A stretch of DNA of 60,359 bases from an uncultured Bacilli bacterium (GTDB lineage: Bacteria; Bacillota_I; Bacilli_A; RF39; UBA660): positions 1-60,359 of the forward strand of contig CALVRE010000008.1 of assembly GCA_944358455.1 (NCBI GenBank). Reading direction: 5' to 3'. Below are positions 17,850 through 27,775 of the stretch, one piece after another. Numbering within the stretch: position 1 is the first letter of the stretch; the number at the start of each line of letters is the position of its first letter. Under the pieces are notes generated by a model. That model saw nothing but the letters and a program-made list of their open reading frames with translations, ran no database searches and was not told the DNA's origin. The position numbers and the translations under genes were made by a program.

Positions 17850-20261
17850 ATGTATAAATTAGGAGATCAATTTGCCTTTGATTACGAAAAGGCAAAGATG
17901 AACGAAAAAAGTGTGATACAAGGGTTAAAATATCGCATTACAATTTTAACGGAACGTTTGATTCGCTTCGAATATAGTGAAGATGGCGTTTTTGAAGATC
18001 GTCCGACGGAACTTGTTTGGTATCGTAATTTTGAAAAGCCAGAATTCCGTGTCAAAGAAGATCGTAAGTATTTGGAAGTTACGACGAAGTATTTTAAACT
18101 CTTTTATTCGAAGGAACAACGCTTTCAGGCAAGTAAATTAAATCCTACGAAGAATTTGAAAGTCGAAGTAAATGGAACGGATCGCTATTGGTATTATGGA
18201 CATCCTGAAGTTCGTAATTTAAAAGCTCCTGGTTATGCGTTCGATCAGAATAACGGCAAGCTTAGCATGGAAAAAGGATTATATTCTGTTGATGGTATTG
18301 TCAGTATTGATGATTCGAAAAGCAACATCATGGAACCAACTGGTGACATTATCAAACGCAGTGGGAAAGTAGTCGATTTATATTTGTTTGTTTATGCAAA
18401 CGATTTCGACTTATGTTTAAAAGATTATTTTGCTCTAACCGGAAGTCCTGCTTTGATCCCACGATATGCACTTGGTAATTGGTGGAGTCGAAACGAATCT
18501 TATCATGATTTAGAGTTGAAGGCCTTGATGGATGATTTTGAACGTCACGATATTCCGCTTTCTGTATTGCTGTTGAATCCGGATTGGCACTTACGTAGTT
18601 ATGGCGATAAAACCGATTTAAAGACAGGTTTCACTTGGAATAAAGAGTATTTCGAAGCACCTTACGAAATGATATCTTATCTTCATCAAAAGGGAATTCG
18701 TCTTGGTTTAAATATCAATCCAGAAGAGGGAATTTATCCTTATGAAGAATACTATGATAAGATGAAAGAATATCTACAGCCGGATGAAAAAGGAATTATT
18801 CCTTTCAATACGTATGATCCGAAATTCTTAGATGCATATTTAAAGTTGATGATTCATCCTTTGGATGCATTAGAAGTCGACTTTTTCTGGATCGATATCG
18901 AAGATAAGAAGAAAGTATATGATTTGTGGTATTTAGATCATTATCATTTCTATGATATGATGCGTAACTATAAAAGACGACCAATGGTTCTTTCTCGCAA
19001 TGCGATGAAAGCTCCTCATCGTTATCCTGTTCTTTATTCGGGAAAAACAGTTGTCAGTTGGGATACCTTAAAATTAATTATGTTAAACAATGCTAATGCA
19101 GCTAATATGGGTGTTAGTTTTTGGTCTCATGATATTGGTGGTTATCACGAAGGTGTCGAAGATAATGAACTTTATATTCGTTTTGTTCAGTTAGGTGTTT
19201 TTAGTCCTATTTTAAAATTTGGTAGTGAAAAAGGAAAATACTATAAACGTGAACCATGGCGTTGGAGTGTGAAAACTTACGGAATCGTAAAAGATTATTT
19301 ACAACTACGTCATCGTATGATTCCTTATTTATATGCGGAAGCTTATAAGTACTATAAAAATGGAACGCCTATTATGACACCTATTTATTATAAATTTCCG
19401 GAAATGTACGATGATGTGAACTATCGTAATGAATATTATTTTGGTAGTGAGCTCTTTGTAGCACCTATTATTAATAAGAAAGATTATGTCATGAATCGTG
19501 CGATTCACAAATTCTTTATTCCGGAAGGAACTTGGTACGATTTTGTGACTGGGAAGAAATTTCCTGGTGGAAAAAATTATGTTTCTTTCTTCAAGGATCA
19601 AGATTACCCAGTATTCGCTAAGTCAGGAGCTATCCTTCCATTTGGAAGAAATGAAAACTTGAATGATACGACACCACCTACGGATATGGAAATTCACATT
19701 TTCCCAGGAAGAAACAATACGTACTACCTTTATGAAGATGATGGGTTAAGTGATCTTTATAAAAAGGGATTTTATTTGCTATCTTCGATCGATTATAACT
19801 ATTTACCAAATAATTACACAGTGATTATTCGTGCTTTAGAAGGAAAAAGTGGTATTGTTCCAGCTAGAAGAAACTATAAAATTCGTTTCCGTAATACGAA
19901 GAAAGCAAACGATGTAATTTGCTACGTAAATGATAATCAAGTAGAATCGAATTCTTATGTCGATGGTGCTGATTTCATCGTCGAAGTAAACGATGTTCCA
20001 TCAATTGGCCAACTTACCATCAATTGTAAAGGAAAAGATATTGAAATTGATGCGGTTCGTTTGATAAACGATGAAATTGAATCGATTATTTCCGATCTGG
20101 AATTAGAGACTGAGATGAAAGAGAAAATCGATGCTATTATCTTTAGTGATCTTACGATTAAAAAGAAACGTATTGCGATTCGAAAACTAGGAAATCATGG
20201 TCTTGGACGAAAATTTGTTAAATTATTCTTAAAATTATTAGAATATATTAATGAAGTATAA
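17850..20261 (+). CDS. Glycoside hydrolase family 31-like protein
   Basis: PRYALGNWWSR, FFWID, WSHDIGG, LRHRMIPYLY and LYEDDG motifs. Confidence 0.88.
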   Translation: MYKLGDQFAFDYEKAKMNEKSVIQGLKYRITILTERLIRFEYSEDGVFEDRPTELVWYRNFEKPEFRVKEDRKYLEVTTKYFKLFYSKEQRFQASKLNPTKNLKVEVNGTDRYWYYGHPEVRNLKAPGYAFDQNNGKLSMEKGLYSVDGIVSIDDSKSNIMEPTGDIIKRSGKVVDLYLFVYANDFDLCLKDYFALTGSPALIPRYALGNWWSRNESYHDLELKALMDDFERHDIPLSVLLLNPDWHLRSYGDKTDLKTGFTWNKEYFEAPYEMISYLHQKGIRLGLNINPEEGIYPYEEYYDKMKEYLQPDEKGIIPFNTYDPKFLDAYLKLMIHPLDALEVDFFWIDIEDKKKVYDLWYLDHYHFYDMMRNYKRRPMVLSRNAMKAPHRYPVLYSGKTVVSWDTLKLIMLNNANAANMGVSFWSHDIGGYHEGVEDNELYIRFVQLGVFSPILKFGSEKGKYYKREPWRWSVKTYGIVKDYLQLRHRMIPYLYAEAYKYYKNGTPIMTPIYYKFPEMYDDVNYRNEYYFGSELFVAPIINKKDYVMNRAIHKFFIPEGTWYDFVTGKKFPGGKNYVSFFKDQDYPVFAKSGAILPFGRNENLNDTTPPTDMEIHIFPGRNNTYYLYEDDGLSDLYKKGFYLLSSIDYNYLPNNYTVIIRALEGKSGIVPARRNYKIRFRNTKKANDVICYVNDNQVESNSYVDGADFIVEVNDVPSIGQLTINCKGKDIEIDAVRLINDEIESIISDLELETEMKEKIDAIIFSDLTIKKKRIAIRKLGNHGLGRKFVKLFLKLLEYINEV

Positions 20262-20371
20262 AGACGAAGCGTATTTCTTCGTCTTTTTTCGAATATATTA
20301 AACTGTACTTTTGTATTTTCTCTTGACAATAATTGTCAAAAAAGGTACATTAAAAGTAAGAAAGGAGTGAA

Positions 20372-21634
20372 ATGATGTTTTGCGGTGAATGTGGAACCAA
20401 AAACAAAAAAGGTAGTCTATTTTGTGCGGAATGTGGAGCTCGTTTAGAGGGATCCGAAGTAGAAGCGACGGAAGAAAAAGAAGAAGTAGAGGAAAGGAAA
20501 GAAAGTAAGCCTAAAAAGCCAATGTCAAAAAAACGGAAACTTGCCATTTTAGCGATTGTTTTAGTAGTTGCGATTTTAGGAATTGGATATAAACTTGGAA
20601 GTGATGCAACAAGTCCAAAGGCGATTGCTAAAAAATATATTACAGCTTTAGCAGATTCAGACTGGGATTATTTATATCAATATATTGGTATCGAAGGTGA
20701 TAATACATTTGCTTCTAAGGACATTTTTAAAGATTTAATGTCTGAAAACAATGCAGGTACTGAAATTGCCAATTTCAAAATAAAAGATGTCACTTATAGC
20801 AGTGGAAATTTGAATGCCGAAGTCGACTTTGTATATACGACTAAAAATAACAGTTCTGAACAGAATGGAACCGTTTATCTAACCAAACAAAAAGATAAAA
20901 AGTATCTGTTCTTCGATGATTGGAAAATTTCTAACTTCAACAAATCATCGATGGTTGTGGAGGATTATGAGATTAAAGTGTTAAAAGATTCGGTTGTCAC
21001 TTATGCAGGAGTCGAAGTTGATGCAAAATATAAAGATGCGAATAAGTCAAACGAACAATATGATGTTTATCTTTTGCCACAAGTATTCATGACGAGTACA
21101 ACTTTAAAAGTAGTGCTTGCTAGTGGCCTAGAAGTAGAAGATACCGTTTCGCCAAGTTCTTACTATACAAGTTATACGTTGAGCTTTGATGAAGATAGTT
21201 TATCAGAAGCAGAAAAGACGAAGATTACAAATCAAGTAAAAGAAGATTTGACGTTACTTTATACGAAAGCGATTGCCAATACCCCTTTTGCCGATTTCCA
21301 AAGTGAATTTGCAAAAGATGGTCTTGATTTAACAGCTTTACAAAATGATTATCAAGAATTGGTCACGGATTTAGCGGATGCTTATAATGTGTTGACAAGT
21401 ATTAATTTTACTGGTGCAGTAATCAATGATGTTGAACTTACATCAGCTGGTAATTTAGAAATCGATATGCGCGTTAATTATGATTATACGGTTTCTTATA
21501 CAAGCTGGAATGATGAAGTATCAACCCATAGTGATTCGGATTACAATTATGTGACAGTAGTTCTTAATTATGATAATGGATCATACTATTTGGTAGGAGT
21601 AGATGATCTTATGACTTATTTTTCTAGATATTAA
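20372..21634 (+). CDS. Zinc-ribbon membrane protein (TcaA-like architecture)
   Basis: N-terminal CxxC...CxxC, one TM helix, large acidic external region. Confidence 0.7.
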   Translation: MMFCGECGTKNKKGSLFCAECGARLEGSEVEATEEKEEVEERKESKPKKPMSKKRKLAILAIVLVVAILGIGYKLGSDATSPKAIAKKYITALADSDWDYLYQYIGIEGDNTFASKDIFKDLMSENNAGTEIANFKIKDVTYSSGNLNAEVDFVYTTKNNSSEQNGTVYLTKQKDKKYLFFDDWKISNFNKSSMVVEDYEIKVLKDSVVTYAGVEVDAKYKDANKSNEQYDVYLLPQVFMTSTTLKVVLASGLEVEDTVSPSSYYTSYTLSFDEDSLSEAEKTKITNQVKEDLTLLYTKAIANTPFADFQSEFAKDGLDLTALQNDYQELVTDLADAYNVLTSINFTGAVINDVELTSAGNLEIDMRVNYDYTVSYTSWNDEVSTHSDSDYNYVTVVLNYDNGSYYLVGVDDLMTYFSRY

Positions 21635-21642
21635 AAAGAGGA

Positions 21643-22356
21643 GTGAAAAAAATGGCAAAATTTTGTACAAAATGTGGGAAAGAATTAGTCGATGGAAAAT
21701 GTCTTGACTGTGGAAAAGAAAGCCCCAAAAAAGAAGTAGTAGAAACAAAGAAAGGCTTTGATTTCAATGAATGTGTAAATAATTACATCGAAGCTTTAAA
21801 AGGAATGTTTACAAAACCGATCGATACGGTTAAAAAGTTTTCAAAAGCGAAATATTTTACACTAGGCATGATTGCTTTAATCATTAGTTGTATTGTAACA
21901 GGTATTTTCATTTATTGTTTGTTAAATGAAATAACAGGTTCTCTTGGCGTATTATCACTTGCAATCCCTACAGGAGATCTACCATTTATGCGTGTCTTCT
22001 TATATGGTGTATTATTCAGCGTTGTTCAATATGCAGTATTAGGATTTATGATCTATTTATTAGCTGCAAAACTATTTAAAGATAATATTGATATCAAATC
22101 ATGTTTTGCTTTAGTAGGCGTATGTTCTATCTTTACGACTGTTACAACTTTAGTAGGATTAATTTGTATCTATTTATCTATGACTGTAATGTTGATTGTT
22201 CTTGTACTAGCAAGTCTTCTTAACTTATTATACTTATATCATGGACTTGTCGAAGTAACGAAAGTGGATAAGAATCGCATTGCTTATGTTTTAGTAGGAG
22301 CTCAAGCAGTTGCAAGCTTTATCGTTCTTTACGTTTTACCTAAATTACTATCTTAG
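21643..22356 (+). CDS. Zinc-ribbon plus Yip1-like membrane protein
   Basis: FCTKCG...CLDCG followed by about 5 TM helices. Confidence 0.7.
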   Translation: MKKMAKFCTKCGKELVDGKCLDCGKESPKKEVVETKKGFDFNECVNNYIEALKGMFTKPIDTVKKFSKAKYFTLGMIALIISCIVTGIFIYCLLNEITGSLGVLSLAIPTGDLPFMRVFLYGVLFSVVQYAVLGFMIYLLAAKLFKDNIDIKSCFALVGVCSIFTTVTTLVGLICIYLSMTVMLIVLVLASLLNLLYLYHGLVEVTKVDKNRIAYVLVGAQAVASFIVLYVLPKLLS

Positions 22357-22418
22357 TAAATATGGAAAAGGGATTGATTTCATCCCTTTTTTCGTTTATA
22401 ATAGTAATAGTTTTTGAA

Positions 22419-22626
22419 AGGCAATGAAAAAGAGTAGTAGTTATTTTCTCGTTATTAGAGACAAAGTGGTTGGTGAAAACTTTGATCGAGGAGTAATGAA
22501 CTCACTTTGGAGTCCTCGTACGAGCGTATATCTGCGTTAAAGATTTGAGAGCATAAGTATTATGAATTAAGGTGGTACCGCGAGATTTCGTCCTTAACTG
22601 ATAATACTTTTTTTGTCAATGGAGGA
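22419..22626 (+). promoter_or_regulatory. Leu T-box riboswitch
   Basis: AGTA, AGAGA and GGTGAAA stem I motifs; GAA-CTC specifier at 22501-22503 (Leu); T-box AATTAAGGTGGTACCGCG at 22565-22582. leuS lies downstream. Confidence 0.9.
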
Positions 22627-22629
22627 ATT

Positions 22630-22986
22630 ATGGAAGAATTGGTTTTGTATGTATTATGTTTTTTATTGGTCTATTTGATTTATGTTTGTTTGATTGTTTT
22701 ACGAAAGAAAAAATTAAACAAATATCGTACGAGTACGGAAGTACGTTACTTAGAAGGTAGGTATAAGATCGATGTCGATCGTATGAATTTAAAGAAATTG
22801 GCCAATACGATGGCATTAGCAAATGCTTTTATTATTGCAAATGTCGTAACGATTATCGGTTTTATCGATCATCTCATCTTAAAGTTATGCGTAGGTTTTG
22901 TCGTATTGATCCCGATGATTTTGATTGTCTATCATCTACTAGGAAAACACTATCAGAAGAAGTATGGAAAGAAGGATCGTACATAA
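22630..22986 (+). CDS. Hypothetical membrane protein
   Basis: RBS GGAGGA and three hydrophobic segments. Confidence 0.75.
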   Translation: MEELVLYVLCFLLVYLIYVCLIVLRKKKLNKYRTSTEVRYLEGRYKIDVDRMNLKKLANTMALANAFIIANVVTIIGFIDHLILKLCVGFVVLIPMILIVYHLLGKHYQKKYGKKDRT

Positions 22987-23530
22987 AATGAAGTGGAGTG
23001 AAACAGGTCTTGTATTTACTAGCGAATGTGTTGATACTTTTGAAATTACCGCTCCAAAAGTAAAGAGATTATGGCGCGATACTGGAAAAGGAGTACCATC
23101 GAAAGAAGAAATCGCGAATTATTTACGAAAGAATGCATCACATGAAGAAATTTTTCGCTTTTTCTGTAATTATTATAAAATTCCTTATCAGTCGAGAGAA
23201 GAGTTTGGTAATCATGGACAATATATGTTTTATTTAGCTTATCAATTGATTCAAAGAGGAATTTTAGTGGCAGAAAAAGTACCTGATGTATATCAAGGAT
23301 TTTTCTATGTTCCAGATCGATTAAGTTCGATCGATGAAAATCTTGCCCGCCAAATTTATCCTTATTTAGAAATTTTCGAAAAATTTTCTAAATTTACGAT
23401 CGTTTCGTTTAAAGGAGAGGAAGCAATCAAACAGGGACAATATCAAAAACATTCTTTTGAAGAATTGACAAAGATGATTAGAAGAAAAGCTGAGATCGAA
23501 GAAGAGGAAGAATTTAAGTTTTATAGATAG
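22964..23530 (+). CDS. Hypothetical protein
   Basis: 188-aa ORF filling the gap to leuS. The true start may be 22988. Confidence 0.65.
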   Translation: MERRIVHKMKWSETGLVFTSECVDTFEITAPKVKRLWRDTGKGVPSKEEIANYLRKNASHEEIFRFFCNYYKIPYQSREEFGNHGQYMFYLAYQLIQRGILVAEKVPDVYQGFFYVPDRLSSIDENLARQIYPYLEIFEKFSKFTIVSFKGEEAIKQGQYQKHSFEELTKMIRRKAEIEEEEEFKFYR

Positions 23531-23541
23531 GAGAAAGAATT

Positions 23542-25956
23542 ATGTATAATGAATATAATTTTACAGAAATAGAAAAAAAATGGCAAAAATATTGGGAAGA
23601 ACATCATACGTTTCAAGCATCGAATGATAGCAAGAAAGAAAAGTTCTATTATTTAGTAGAATTTCCATATCCAAGTGGAGCAGGTCTTCATGTTGGACAT
23701 GTAAGAAGTTATACGGCTTTGGATGCGATGGCACGTAAGAAGAGAATGATGGGATACAATGTGCTTTATCCAATGGGATGGGATGCTTTTGGACTTCCTG
23801 CTGAACAGTATGCGATCAAGCATCATATTCATCCGAGTGAAGCAGTGAAAGAAAATATCCAGGTATTTAAAAAACAAATTCAAGATTTAGGAATTTCGTT
23901 TGATTGGAGTCGCGAATTTGCAACGACGGATCCAGAGTATTATAAATGGACGCAGTGGCAATTTCTACAGTTTGTAAAACACGGTATGGCTTATAAGGCA
24001 AAAGCTGAAATCAACTGGTGTCCAAATTGTAAGATTGGTTTAGCGAACGAAGAAGCTGCTGGAGGCGTATGTGAACGTTGCGGTGGACCAATTGAGAAGA
24101 AGGAAAAAGAACAATGGATGTTGCGTATGAGTGACTATGCAGAAAAATTATTAGCTGGTCTTGATGATACAGAGTTTTTGGATCGCATTAAAATTGCTCA
24201 GATCAATTGGATTGGGAAAAGTGTTGGTGCTGAAGTCAACTTTAAATTGAAAGATACTGATGATGTTCTTACGGTGTTTACAACGAGATGTGATACTTTA
24301 TATGGAGTAACATTTATGGTTGTTTCACCAGAACATCCTTATTTAGAAAAATATAAAGATCGTATTTCTAATTATGAAGAAGTGAAGAAATATCGTGATC
24401 TTGCCCATCGTAAATCAGAAATCGAAAGAACGGATATGACGAAGGAAAAGACAGGAGTACGTCTAGAAGGTTTAATGGCGATTAATCCTGTGAGCGGTGA
24501 GGAAATACAGATATGGGTGAGTGATTATGTTCTCATGAATTATGGAACAGGTGCGATCATGGCCGTACCTGCTCATGATGAGCGTGACTATGCATTTGCT
24601 CGTAAATTTGATATTCCTATCGTCGAAGTTATCAAAGGTGGAGATGTTTCAAAAGAAGCTTATACTGGTGATGGCGAAATGGTAAATTCAGGGATTTTAA
24701 ATGGAATGACCAATAAGAAAGAATCGATCGAAAAGATGCTTATCTTTCTTGAAGAAAAAGGAATTGGTCATAGAAAGGTTAATTATCGTCTTCAAGATTG
24801 GGTTTTCTCACGTCAGCGTTTCTGGGGAGAACCAATCCCTATGATTTACTGTGAAGAATGTGGTTGGGTACCGGTTCCAGAAGCAGATTTACCAGTTTTA
24901 CTTCCTGATGTCGCATCTTATGAACCGACTGATAATGGAGAAAGTCCACTTGCGAAAATCGATGAATTTGTTTCTACAACCTGTCCAAAATGTGGAAGGC
25001 CAGCTCGTCGTGAGACCGATACGATGCCAAACTGGGCTGGATCAAGTTGGTATTACCTTCGTTATATGGATCCACATAATAAGGATATTTTCGCTAGTGA
25101 AGATGCAATGAAGTATTGGGGAGTGGTTGATTATTATAATGGTGGTATGGAACATGCGACGCGTCATTTGCTATATGCTAGATTCTGGCATCGTTTCTTG
25201 TACGATCAAGGATTAGTACCTTTTCCTGAACCATTTAAAAAACGCGTTGCTCATGGCATGATCTTAGGAGAAAATGGCGAAAAAATGAGTAAGAGTAAAG
25301 GAAATGTTGTGAATCCTGATGATATGGTACGTGAATATGGTGCGGATGCGCTTCGTACTTATGAAATGTTTATAGGCGATTATGCTTCTGCTGCTGCTTG
25401 GAGTGAAAACGGTCTAAAAGGATGCAAACGTTTCTTGGATCGTGTGTACCGCATGAAAGATCATCTGAATGAATCAGAAGAATATACACCATCTTTAGAG
25501 ATTGCCATCAATCAAACAATAAAAAAAGTCGATGAAGATTTGGATAATATGAAATATAATACCGCTGTATCAGCACTTATGATTTTACTCAATGAGTTTG
25601 ATGCAAAAGAGACCATTTCTCGTAAGGATTATCATACCTTCTTGTTACTTCTAAATCCTATTGCGCCACATCTTACAGAAGAAATAAATGCTTTATGTGG
25701 CTTTGGAGCACCACTTTGTGAATCTAGTTGGCCTACTTATGATGAAACAAAATTGGAAAATAACACGTTCCAATTGGTTGTTCAAGTCAATGGAAAAGTA
25801 AGAGGAAAAATCGATGCTCACTCTAATACGACGAAAGAAGAGATGATTACGCTGGCAAAAAATATTGAAAATGTTCAGAAATTTATCAAAGGAAAAGAGA
25901 TTATAAAAGAGATCGTCGTTCCTAAAAAGTTAGTAAATATTGTCGTCAAAGATTAA
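23542..25956 (+). CDS. leuS: Leucine-tRNA ligase
   Basis: FPYPSGAGLHVGH, GTGAIMAVPAHD, DWVFSRQRFWGEP and KMSKS motifs. Confidence 0.98.
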   Translation: MYNEYNFTEIEKKWQKYWEEHHTFQASNDSKKEKFYYLVEFPYPSGAGLHVGHVRSYTALDAMARKKRMMGYNVLYPMGWDAFGLPAEQYAIKHHIHPSEAVKENIQVFKKQIQDLGISFDWSREFATTDPEYYKWTQWQFLQFVKHGMAYKAKAEINWCPNCKIGLANEEAAGGVCERCGGPIEKKEKEQWMLRMSDYAEKLLAGLDDTEFLDRIKIAQINWIGKSVGAEVNFKLKDTDDVLTVFTTRCDTLYGVTFMVVSPEHPYLEKYKDRISNYEEVKKYRDLAHRKSEIERTDMTKEKTGVRLEGLMAINPVSGEEIQIWVSDYVLMNYGTGAIMAVPAHDERDYAFARKFDIPIVEVIKGGDVSKEAYTGDGEMVNSGILNGMTNKKESIEKMLIFLEEKGIGHRKVNYRLQDWVFSRQRFWGEPIPMIYCEECGWVPVPEADLPVLLPDVASYEPTDNGESPLAKIDEFVSTTCPKCGRPARRETDTMPNWAGSSWYYLRYMDPHNKDIFASEDAMKYWGVVDYYNGGMEHATRHLLYARFWHRFLYDQGLVPFPEPFKKRVAHGMILGENGEKMSKSKGNVVNPDDMVREYGADALRTYEMFIGDYASAAAWSENGLKGCKRFLDRVYRMKDHLNESEEYTPSLEIAINQTIKKVDEDLDNMKYNTAVSALMILLNEFDAKETISRKDYHTFLLLLNPIAPHLTEEINALCGFGAPLCESSWPTYDETKLENNTFQLVVQVNGKVRGKIDAHSNTTKEEMITLAKNIENVQKFIKGKEIIKEIVVPKKLVNIVVKD

Positions 25957-26146
25957 ATTTGATACTTGTAGAAACTGCTATTATTTGTTAAAATGAAACT
26001 AAAGAGAATCACAAATAATATGTGGTGTGCATAAGAGAAAGGGATTGTGTACCTTTCTCTTTTTGGTTCATTCTCGATAAGAAAATAATTTAAAATAAAG
26101 GTTTAGATAGTAAGAAAAAGAAACTAATAGAAGTAGGTGAAAGAAT

Positions 26147-27628
26147 ATGAAAAAACGAGGATTTACACTGGTAGAGTTATTAGCCGTAATCGTTATTTTA
26201 GGAATATTAGGATTGATCATTGTACCAACGGTCGATCGTTCTATCAAAGACTTTAGAGCGGAAGCTTACGAAGATCAATTAAATAATATCATTTTGGCAG
26301 CAAGAAGTTGGGGGGCGGATCATCCTTTGGAATTACCTTTGAATGATGGAGACATCATTACGATTACTTTAGGAAGTTTAAAAAATGGTGGATATGTAGA
26401 TGTAGATATTAAGAATCCAACGACCAATCAATTGTTTCCTGACGATATGTTGATCGAAATCGAACGAAAAGGAAACAATTATGAATATCGTATTGTAGAA
26501 GGTAGTGGTGGTTCAGGTGGAGATGATGTGATTGGGGTACCAACACTTATCTTAAAAGGAAGTGCTACTCTCTATGTAGAAGTAGGAGGAACCTATCAAG
26601 AACCTGGATATACGGCTCAAACATACAATGGAAATGCAATTCCAAATGATCGTGTCACGGTGACCATACGTTTGAATGGTACGGAAGTATCGAATGTTGA
26701 TACAACGCAGATAAGTACCTATGAAATTGAATACTCCGTAACAGATCAAGGATATACGACAACCATCACTAGAGAAGTGATTGTAAGAGATACAACTGCA
26801 CCAATCATTACCGTTGATGGACATACGAGTAATTATACGATCAGCCATGGACCAAGAAGTAGCTTTACGATACCAAATGGAACTGCTACCGACAATAGTA
26901 GAGAAGATATTGCGGTTACCAAGAGTGGTAATGTGACACCAACTGTTGTGGGAACTTATCCTATAACTTATACAGCAAAAGATTCGTCAGGGAACACGGC
27001 AACATTAGTATTAACAGTTACGATCGTATCACCAACTTATAGTGATTGGTTAACGGAAAGCGAGTTAGTAAGTGCCGGACATAGTACCACGGAATTTGGA
27101 ATTGATAAGAAAACACAATATCGTCTTACCTATACGACTACGACGAGAACGACGAAGACAGGAAGTCTATGGTCTACTACTTATCAACCAACAGAAATTG
27201 TATGGCAACTTGCTTTGGATACAGGAACGCAAACGGCTATATATCCAAGAACGATTCGATGGCGTGTTAAAACTGTTTCTCAAGATAGTGAAGATGGAAA
27301 AAGAGTGGATGCTACAAACACATTAAAAGTACAAGGAACTGATGGTACAGTGAAATCTTTCACACAAACATATAACTTTGTGCAAAATGCGGGTTTTGAT
27401 CTTACTTGGACGGCAACATTAGATGGTACTTTTGAAGCAAATCGAATTTATCTTGAGTCATTTTGGTGGAAATATAATAAAAATTCTATGGCTTCTGTAG
27501 TGGTAACGAGTTGGGATGAAGTAACAACGACAACAGGTGTAACAGATTGGCAAGATAGTAATACAACGTCAGAGGGAACGGTTACGGAAACGGAGACAAG
27601 AACTGTATATCGTTATCAGACGAATTAA
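26147..27628 (+). CDS. Type IV pilin-like surface protein with two bacterial Ig-like (DUF5011-type) repeats and a Thr-rich tail
   Basis: KRG|FTLVELLAVIVIL; YQEPGYTA...YSVTD...REVIVRDTTAP; GTYPITYTAKDSSGN. Confidence 0.85.
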   Translation: MKKRGFTLVELLAVIVILGILGLIIVPTVDRSIKDFRAEAYEDQLNNIILAARSWGADHPLELPLNDGDIITITLGSLKNGGYVDVDIKNPTTNQLFPDDMLIEIERKGNNYEYRIVEGSGGSGGDDVIGVPTLILKGSATLYVEVGGTYQEPGYTAQTYNGNAIPNDRVTVTIRLNGTEVSNVDTTQISTYEIEYSVTDQGYTTTITREVIVRDTTAPIITVDGHTSNYTISHGPRSSFTIPNGTATDNSREDIAVTKSGNVTPTVVGTYPITYTAKDSSGNTATLVLTVTIVSPTYSDWLTESELVSAGHSTTEFGIDKKTQYRLTYTTTTRTTKTGSLWSTTYQPTEIVWQLALDTGTQTAIYPRTIRWRVKTVSQDSEDGKRVDATNTLKVQGTDGTVKSFTQTYNFVQNAGFDLTWTATLDGTFEANRIYLESFWWKYNKNSMASVVVTSWDEVTTTTGVTDWQDSNTTSEGTVTETETRTVYRYQTN

Positions 27629-27775
27629 AGAAAATGTCAAATAAAAGTGTAAAATACGATTTAAAAAAATCGTATTTTTTCTTATTTTTCTTGTATTTTC
27701 TTGTTATTCATAAAGGATTAAGTATTTTCTTTTGATAGGAAAACCTGTATAATAAAAGTAGAATGGAGTGAGAAC

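Noticed and set aside
26147-27628. Second pilin-like gene as a remote DGR target
   Set aside because: No TR-like sequence or GVRP terminus seen.
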